64,000 nucleotides of DNA from an uncultured Nitrososphaerota archaeon (GTDB lineage Archaea > Thermoproteota > Nitrososphaeria > Nitrososphaerales > Nitrosopumilaceae). The translations under genes and the position numbers were made by a program. A model generated the notes under the pieces. That model made no database searches. It had not been told where the DNA came from and saw only the letters and a list, made by a program, of their open reading frames with translations. The stretch lies in contig CAWGPD010000002.1 of NCBI GenBank assembly GCA_963824385.1, forward strand, positions 192,001-256,000. Reading direction: 5' to 3'. Shown piece by piece: positions 54,701 through 64,000 of the stretch (position 1 is the stretch's first letter; each line of letters opens with the position of its first letter).

Positions 54701-57700
54701 TCATTTTTAGCACAAAATTATACACAATATCAAATAACAAGACAGGCAGATTCAAAGATAGACCCAGTTGACTATCCAAATAACTTCAAGGTAACACTTG
54801 ATGTGCAATCCTTTGTTGGCAATGCACCCGTTGTTATCAGAGAGTATGTACCTGCAAACTTTACCGTAACTACAGATGGACAGGTAAACCAAACTGGAGA
54901 CACCAAAGTTATCACCTGGCTGAAAAACTTGGGTCCTGGAAACAGCACCAATGTATCGTACAATTATTCCGTACCCAAGATTTATCCAAAACTGTATGCG
55001 CTAGGCAAGGCACAGATAGGCCAGAGCAACATGACATATGTCGAGGCAAGAAACTGGTTTGTCGCAGTTGATCCTCTAACCACTCAAGTAGATACTACGA
55101 CTGCAGCCAACACCAATGCACTAGCCGAAGAAAAATCAACCAAGCAGAATGTCTGTATATCGGCCACCGTGTGTTATTCTGCCTACATTACCTCATCTAG
55201 TAATGCTGTAATGGCAAAATCAACCGATGGTGGTAATACTTGGGGTGCACCAGTAGCACTCAGCTCAGGTCTTACGGTTGTTGGACTGGGAATATGGTAT
55301 GACAGATGGACACCAGGAGACAAGACAGGCAATAACATCCATGTCTTATTCTTGGACAGTGGCAACGACAGGACAAACTATGTACGATACAGCACAAATA
55401 ATGATTCTGCTTCAACCTCAGTTCAGACAGTTACCTTCGCAATGGGTTCACAAACTGATAACAATGATCTTGGAATAACTAAAGGTGCTGACGGAACACT
55501 CTATGCCGTAACAGATGATACTACTGGATTGACTGGTGGTCACTCGTTTATGCACTATTGTAAATCAGACTGTACTGTTGCTTCAAACTGGAAGGAGACT
55601 CCACAATTATTTGCTTCCGGAAATAAGGTTGGTACCTTGGGAGAAAATGATAACCTCCTACTTCCTCTAAACGATACAGATTCTTCTGTAATGATAGTTG
55701 CCCAAAATGTTACAACATCAACCTTCAAGGGAGCTATATACTATAACATCTTTGATCCAGTCACAAACACAACAAAATACTCTGACTTTCAAGTAATTAC
55801 TGGAGGAACTACACACGGATGGAAGACCAACGCCAATTACAGGCATACATTATCTGGAGCAGTAGACCCACTGTACCACACAATCTACATTAGTTATGTG
55901 AACAATACCGATGTAGCAGGTGTCAGTACAGCAATTGGAGTATGGAAGTATGTTCCATCATCATCTCCATCTTGGACTCAGCTTACAAAAATACCTGCTA
56001 CCAACTCTTCATCGTTTATACTTGATTCATCAATTGGAATTGCCAACTCGACAGGGTTGTATGTGGCATATTCTGAAGCAAAGACTGTAGGCACTGATAA
56101 TATCTATTATGCAGTATCTGTAGATGGAGGCAACACCTGGACCCAAGACCAGCAGATAAATGATATTGCAGCAGGTGACTTTAGGAGTGTCTCTATTGAA
56201 GCATCATCTGATACATCTTTACATGTTTTGTGGCAATCTAGGACTACTGGTCCTACAACTATTCACCTGTATACGGATACTGTAACACAGGTTGCATTCC
56301 AGAGGGAATCTATGGCAATTGTTGACCAGCCAGTAGTTATTGTCAGAAGAAGATCATCAAGCCAATCTGATTCAATGCCGTTATCAGATGCGCTAACAAT
56401 AGGTGGAAAACGTTCAGCCATGGTATCTAATGCAATTCCATTATCAGATGTACTGAGTACAGCTGGTGTACATCACCTTACACTAAACGAGGCTTCATCG
56501 ATATCTGATACAAGTTCCCGTCAAAGATTCAAGATAGCCACTGAAATAGATTCAATCCCATTGTCTGATCAACTAACCATACAAAAGAAATTATCAAGAT
56601 CACTCTCTGACGCAATTCCACTATCTGATTCATTAACCATAGCCAGAAAAACTTCTAAATCATTATCAGATTCAATCCCATTATCTGACCAGCTAACATA
56701 CAAGAGAGTCAGCTTCACTCTCCCTATCTGACGCTATCCCATTATCAGATCAACTAACTATACAGAAGAAATTATCACGAACATACTCTGACGCAATCCC
56801 ACTAGCAGACCAATTAACATACAAGAAATCAACCTCTACTTCACTAGCAGATTCAATCCCATTATCTGACCAGCTAACATACAAGAGAGTAGCTTCACTC
56901 TCCCTATCTGACGCTATCCCATTATCAGATCAACTAACTATACAGAAGAAATTATCACGAACATACTCTGACGCAATCCCACTAGCAGACCAATTAACAT
57001 ACAAGAAATCAACCTCTACTTCACTAGCAGATTCAATCCCATTATCTGACCAGCTAACATACAAGAGAGTCAGCTTCACTCTCCCTATCTGACGCTATCC
57101 CATTATCAGATCAACTAACTATACAGAAGAAATTATCACGAACATACTCTGACGCAATCCCACTAGCAGACCAATTAACATACAAGAAATCAACCTCTAC
57201 TTCACTAGCAGATTCAATCCCATTATCTGACCAGCTAACATACAAGAGAATCAGCTTCACTCTCCCTATCTGACGCTATCCCATTATCAGATCAACTAAC
57301 TATACAAAAGAAATTATCACGAACATACTCTGACGCAATCCCACTAGCAGACCAATTAACATACAAGAAATCAACCTCTACTTCACTAGCAGATTCAATC
57401 CCATTATCTGACCAGCTAACATACAAGAGAGTCACTTCACTCTCCCTATCTGACGCTATCCCATTATCAGATCAACTAACTATACAAAAGAAATTATCAC
57501 GAACATACTCTGACGCAATCCCACTAGCAGACCAATTAACATACAAGAAATCAACCTCTACTTCACTAGCAGATTCAATCCCATTATCTGACCAGCTAAC
57601 ATACAAGAGAGTAGCTTCACTCTCCCTATCTGACGCTATCCCATTATCAGATCAACTAACTATACAAAAGAAATTATCACGAACATACTCTGACGCAATC

Positions 57701-60700
57701 CCACTAGCAGACCAATTAACATACAAGAAATCAACCTCTACTTCACTAGCAGATTCAATCCCATTATCTGACCAGCTAACATACAAGAGAGTCAGCTTCA
57801 CTCTCCCTATCTGACGCTATCCCATTATCAGATCAACTAACTATACAAAAGAAATTATCACGAACATACTCTGACGCAATCCCACTAGCAGACCAATTAA
57901 CATACAAGAAATCAACCTCTACTTCACTAGCAGATTCAATCCCATTATCTGACCAGCTAACATACAAGAGAGTAGCTTCACTCTCCCTATCTGACGCTAT
58001 CCCATTATCAGATCAACTAACTATACAAAAGAAATTATCACGAACATACTCTGACGCAATCCCACTAGCAGACCAATTAACATACAAGAAATCAACCTCT
58101 ACTTCACTAGCAGATTCAATCCCATTATCTGACCAGCTAACATACAAGAGAGTAGCTTCACTCTCCCTATCTGACGCTATCCCATTATCAGATCAACTAA
58201 CTATACAAAAGAAATTATCACGAACATACTCTGACGCAATCCCACTAGCAGACCAATTAACATACAAGAAATCAACCTCTACTTCACTAGCAGATTCAAT
58301 CCCATTATCTGACCAGCTAACATACAAGAGAACAACCACTGCCAATCTATCAGATGCAATCCCATTATCTGATCAACTAACTATACAGAAGAAATTATCA
58401 AGATCATACTCTGACGCAATCCCACTAGCAGACCAATTAACATACAAGAGAACAACCTCAACATCATTATCAGATTCAATCCCATTATCTGACCAGCTAA
58501 CATACAAGAGAACAACCACTGCCAATCTATCAGATGCAATCCCATTATCTGATCAACTAACTATACAAAAGAAATTATCAAGATCATACTCTGACGCAAT
58601 CCCACTAGCAGACCAATTAACATACAAGAAATCAACCTCAACATCATTATCAGATACAATCCCATTATCTGACCAGCTAACATACAAGAGAACAACCACT
58701 GCCAATCTATCAGATACAATCCCATTATCTGATCAACTAACTATACAAAAGAAATTATCACGAACATACTCTGACGCAATCCCACTAGCAGACCAATTAA
58801 CATACAAGAAATCAACCTCTACTTCACTAGCAGATTCAATCCCATTATCTGACCAGCTAACATACAAGAGAGTAGCTCACTCTCCCTATCTGACGCTATC
58901 CCATTATCAGATCAACTAACTATACAAAAGAAATTATCACGAACATACTCTGACGCAATCCCACTAGCAGACCAATTAACATACAAGAAATCAACCTCTA
59001 CTTCACTAGCAGATTCAATCCCATTATCTGACCAACTAACATACAAGAGAACAACCACTGCCAATCTATCAGATGCAATCCCATTATCTGATCAACTAAC
59101 TATACAAAAGAAATTATCAAAATCATACTCTGACGCAATCCCACTAGCAGACCAATTAACATACAAGAGAACAACCTCAACATCATTATCAGATTCAATC
59201 CCATTATCTGACCAACTAACATACAAGAGAACAACCACTGCCAATCTATCAGATGCAATCCCATTATCTGATCAACTAACTATACAAAAGAAATTATCAA
59301 GATCATACTCTGACGCAATCCCACTAGCAGACCAATTAACATACAAGAAATCAACCTCAACATCATTATCAGATACAATCCCATTATCTGACCAGCTAAC
59401 ATACAAGAGAACAACCACTGCCAATCTATCAGATACAATCCCATTATCTGATCAACTAACTATAATCAAGTCACTATCAAGAACACTATCAGATTCACTT
59501 CCATTATCTGACCAACTAACAACAATGAAATCAACCTCAACATCATTATCAGATACAATCCCATTATCTGACTCACTAACTGCAAAGAGAATTGCCTATG
59601 CAAATCTCTCTGATTCTATTCCACTATCAGATTCATTAACAGCTATCAAATTAAATAAATCTCCATCTCTCGCCGACGCAATCCCATTATCTGACTCACT
59701 AACTGCAAAGAGGATTGCCTATGCCAATCTATCAGATACAATCCCATTATCAGACCAACTAACATACAAGAAATCAGCTACTCTATCCCTATCTGATACA
59801 ATCCCACTATCCGACCAATTAACATTCATCAAGTCAGTCTCAAAATCCCTCTCAGATACAATTCCATTATCTGACCAACTAACAACAATGAAATCAACCT
59901 CAACATCATTATCAGATACAATCCCATTATCTGACCAGCTAACATACAAGAGAACAACCTCAACATCATTATCAGATACAATCCCACTATCCGACCAATT
60001 AACATTCATCAAGTCAGTCTCAAAATCCCTCTCAGATACAATCCCATTATCTGACCAACTAACAACAATGAAATCAACCTCAAAATCCCTCTCAGATACA
60101 ATCCAATTATCAGACCAACTAACATACAAGAAATCAACATCCACATCACTTGCTGATACTATTCCATTATCTGATCAACTAACATTCATCAAGTCAGTCT
60201 CAAAATCCCTCTCAGATACAATCCCATTATCTGACCAACTAACAACAATGAAATCAACCTCAACATCATTATCAGATACAATCCAATTATCAGACCAACT
60301 AACATACAAGAAATCAGCTACTCTATCCCTATCTGATACAATCCCACTATCCGACCAATTAACATTCATCAAGTCAGTCTCAAAATCCCTCTCAGATACA
60401 ATCCCATTATCTGACCAACTAACAACAATGAAATCAACTTCAACATCATTATCAGATACAATCCAATTATCAGACCAACTAACATACAAGAAATCAGCTA
60501 TCTCTATCCCTATCTGATACAATCCCACTATCCGACCAATTAACATTCATCAAGTCAGTCTCAAAATCCCTCTCAGATACAATTCCATTATCTGACCAAC
60601 TAACAACAATGAAATCAACCTCAAAATCCCTCTCAGATACAATCCCATTATCTGACCAACTAACATACAAGAAATCAACCTCAACATCATTATCAGATAC

Positions 60701-63700
60701 AATCCCACTATCCGACCAATTAACATTCATCAAGTCAGTCTCAAAATCCCTCTCAGATACAATTCCATTATCTGACCAACTAACAACAATGAAATCAACC
60801 TCAAAATCCCTCTCAGATACAATCCCATTATCTGACCAACTAACATACAAGAAATCAACCTCAACATCATTATCAGATACAATCCCACTATCCGACCAAT
60901 TAACATTCATCAAGTCAGTCTCAAAATCCCTCTCAGATACAATCCCATTATCTGACCAACTAACAACAATGAAATCAACCTCAACATCATTATCAGATAC
61001 AATCCAATTATCAGACCAACTAACATACAAGAAATCAACATCCACATCACTTGCTGATACTATTCCATTATCTGATCAACTAACATTCATCAAGTCAGTC
61101 TCAAAATCCCTCTCAGATACAATCCCATTATCTGACCAACTAACAACAATGAAATCAACTTCAACATCATTATCAGATACAATCCAATTATCAGACCAAC
61201 TAACATACAAGAAATCAACATCCACATCACTTGCTGATACTATTCCATTATCTGATCAACTAACATTCATCAAGTCAGTCTCAAAATCCCTCTCAGATAC
61301 AATCCCATTATCTGACCAACTAACAACAATGAAATCAACCTCAACATCATTATCAGATACAATCCCATTATCAGACCAACTAACATACAAGAAATCAGCT
61401 ACTCTATCCCTATCAGATACAATCCCACTATCCGACCAATTAACATTCATCAAGTCAGTCTCAAAATCCCTCTCAGATACAATTCCATTATCTGACCAAC
61501 TAACAACAATGAAATCAACCTCAACATCATTATCAGATACAATCCCATTATCTGACCAACTAACATACAAGAAATCAACCTCAACATCATTATCAGATAC
61601 AATCCCACTATCCGACCAATTAACATTCATCAAGTCAGTCTCAAAATCCCTCTCAGATACAATTCCATTATCTGACCAACTAACAACAATGAAATCAACC
61701 TCAAAATCCCTCTCAGATACAATCCCATTATCTGACCAACTAACATACAAGAAATCAACCTCAACATCATTATCAGATACAATCCCACTATCCGACCAAT
61801 TAACATTCATCAAGTCAGTCTCAAAATCCCTCTCAGATACAATCCCATTATCTGACCAACTAACAACAATGAAATCAACCTCAACATCATTATCAGATAC
61901 AATCCAATTATCTGACCAACTAACAACAATGAAATCAACCTCAACATCATTATCAGATACAATCCCACTATCCGACCAACTAACAATCATCAAATTCACA
62001 TCACCGTATCTATCAGATTCCATTCCATTATCCGACCAACTAACAATCATCAAATTCACTACTGCCAATCTCTCCGACTCTATCTCATTATCCGACCAAC
62101 TCACTGCGAAGAAGTCAACCTCAACATCACTTGCAGACTCAATCCCACTAACAGACCAACTAACATACAAGAAATCAACCTCAACATCATTATCAGATAC
62201 AATCCCACTATCCGACCAACTAACAATCATCAAATTCACATCACCGTATCTATCAGATTCCATTCCATTATCTGACCAGCTAACAATCATTAAATTCACT
62301 ACTGCCAATCTCTCCGACTCTATCCCATTATCAGACCAACTAACAACAATGAAATCAACCTCAACATCATTATCAGATACAATCCCACTATCCGACCAAC
62401 TAACAATCATCAAATTCACATCACCGTATCTATCAGATTCCATTCCACTATCCGACCAACTAACAATCATCAAATTCACTACTGCCAATCTCTCCGACTC
62501 TATCTCATTATCAGACCAACTAACAACAATGAAATCAACCTCAACATCACTTGCAGACTCAATCCCACTAGCTGATCGACTAAGTGTACAGAGAACAGTC
62601 TACGCTAATCTCTCCGACGCAATCCCATTATCCGACCAACTAACAACTATCAAATCAGGTTCTACCTCTCTATCTGACTCCATCTCATTATCTGATCAAC
62701 TAACAATCATCAAACTCACTTCTGCTTCACTCTCCGACGTTATCCCATTATCTGACCAGCTAACAACAATGAAATCAACCTCAACATCATTATCTGATAC
62801 AATCCCATTATCAGATCAACTAACATACAAGAAATCAGCTACTCTATCCCTATCTGACTCCATCCCACTATCCGACCAACTAACAATCATAAAATTCACT
62901 TCTACCTCTCTATCTGATTCACTTCCATTATCAGACCAACTCACTGCAAAGAAGTCAACTTCTACCTCTCTCTCCGATTCAATCCCACTAGCAGATCAGC
63001 TAACTATACAAAGAATAGCCTACGCTAATCTCTCCGATTCACTCCAACTATCCGACAAACTAACCACAATAAAATCAGCCTCTGCTTCTCTCTCCGATAC
63101 AATCCCATTATCCGACCAATTAACCACTATCAAATCTCTTTCCACTTCACTCTCCGACTCTATTCCGTTATCTGATCAATTAACTGCAAAGAGAATAGCC
63201 TACGTCTCTCTATCAGATACAATCCCACTAGCAGACCAACTAACTGTACAAAAGTCATCTGTTGTCAATCTCTCCGACTCTATCACACTATCCGACTCTC
63301 TAACACTTCCCAACAAATTAATCTCAAAATATTTCTCTGACACAATTCCATTATCTGACCAACTAACAACAATGAAATCAGCTACTGCCAATCTCTCCGA
63401 CACAATCTCATTATCTGATTCACTAACTGCAAAGAGAATAGCATACGTCTCTCTCTCCGATTCACTCCCATTATCTGATCAACTAACAATCATCAAATCA
63501 CTCTCCAAGTCCCTCTCCGATTCAATCCAACTATCCGACCAACTAACAGCCTTCAGAACAACAGCTGCCGTCTCTCTATCTGATTCTATCCCACTAGCAG
63601 ACCAACTATATGTAAAGAGAATAGCCTACGCTAATCTCTCCGATTCACTCCCACTATCAGATCAACTAACAACACAGAGAACAGCCTCTGCTTCCCTATC

Positions 63701-64000
63701 TGACGCAATCCCATTATCCGACCAACTAACAACAATTAGAACAACAGCTGCCGTCTCCCTCTCCGACATAATTCCACTATCTGATAAATTAACAACAATG
63801 AAGTCAACTTCTACCTCTCTCCCCGACACAATTCCATTATCCGACCAGATAACCATACAAAGAACAGCCTCTGCTTCCCTATCTGATTCAATTCCATTAT
63901 CCGACCAGCTAACAACACAACTAACAACATCCACATCATTATCTGATTCAATTCCATTATCCGACCAGCTAACAACACAACTAACAACATCCACATCATT
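51749..64000 (+). CDS. Giant exported surface protein (>4000 aa, incomplete): signal peptide, TM pair, LamG, MG2/Ig-like and Asp-box domains, then ~125 20-aa repeats; six apparent indels in the repeats
   Basis: FTISAWVKP...WNHLV.TYNG..ISIYVNG (LamG); STYKPGD; STDGGNTW and SVDGGNTW (Asp boxes). The repeat frame continues after 1-nt shifts and is open from ~60500 to the window end. Confidence 0.85.
56365..64000 (+). repeat. 60-bp (20-aa) coding tandem array with 180-bp higher-order units
   Basis: Consensus LSD[STA]IPLSDQLTxxKxxxxx; successive 60-nt lines align in register; two 63-nt units at ~59650 and ~63310. Confidence 0.97.

Noticed and set aside
56710..60502. Programmed frameshifting or phase variation in the giant gene
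   Set aside because: All six indels abut AGCT like the other errors in the window, and some look like consensus hybrids of repeat variants. An artefact is more parsimonious.
59719..63999. Long minus-strand ORFs (VSWSDNGIVSD repeats)
   Set aside because: They are antisense shadows of the + strand repeat frame.
56365..64000. CRISPR array
   Set aside because: The variable parts recur and keep the reading frame, the period is 60 bp (20 codons), and no cas genes are present. It is a coding repeat.
41190..64000. Intact provirus or diversity-generating retroelement
   Set aside because: No integrase, terminase, capsid, portal or reverse transcriptase, and no template/variable repeat pair was seen.

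Overview
This is a low-GC archaeal chromosome segment from an ammonia-oxidising archaeon (Nitrososphaerota, probably Nitrosotalea-like). The assignment is inferred from TFB, two ESCRT-III/CdvB paralogs, AcnX, PEF-CTERM and PSWI..WWS C-terminal domains. Bases 1-41.2 kb are mostly core genes: trm11-like, prs, btuF-like, tfb, cdvB x2, queE-folE/queC, thrB, GPN GTPase, cysH-sat, nth, acnX subunits, rqcH-Mut7C-AMMECR1, cbiT-L-F, a MurI-like racemase and UDG. Bases 41.2-64 kb form a cell-surface island. It holds two paralogous exported ~210-aa proteins with a phage tail-fibre-like motif set, a pentapeptide/HYR adhesin, glycosylation-type genes, and a giant (>4000 aa, runs off the window) exported protein with LamG and Asp-box domains followed by roughly 125 tandem 20-aa 'LSDxIPLSDQLT' repeats. 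About 15 genes are split by single-base indels, nearly all at or beside AGCT. This points to sequencing errors at a modified AGCT motif rather than true pseudogenes. Features missing from the ORF track include a 36-aa C2H2 zinc-finger gene, three structured non-coding RNA candidates, an element placed exactly 70 bp upstream of both cdvB paralogs, and a 12-bp element shared by two surface-island promoters. All family assignments are from motif recognition by eye; no searches were run.
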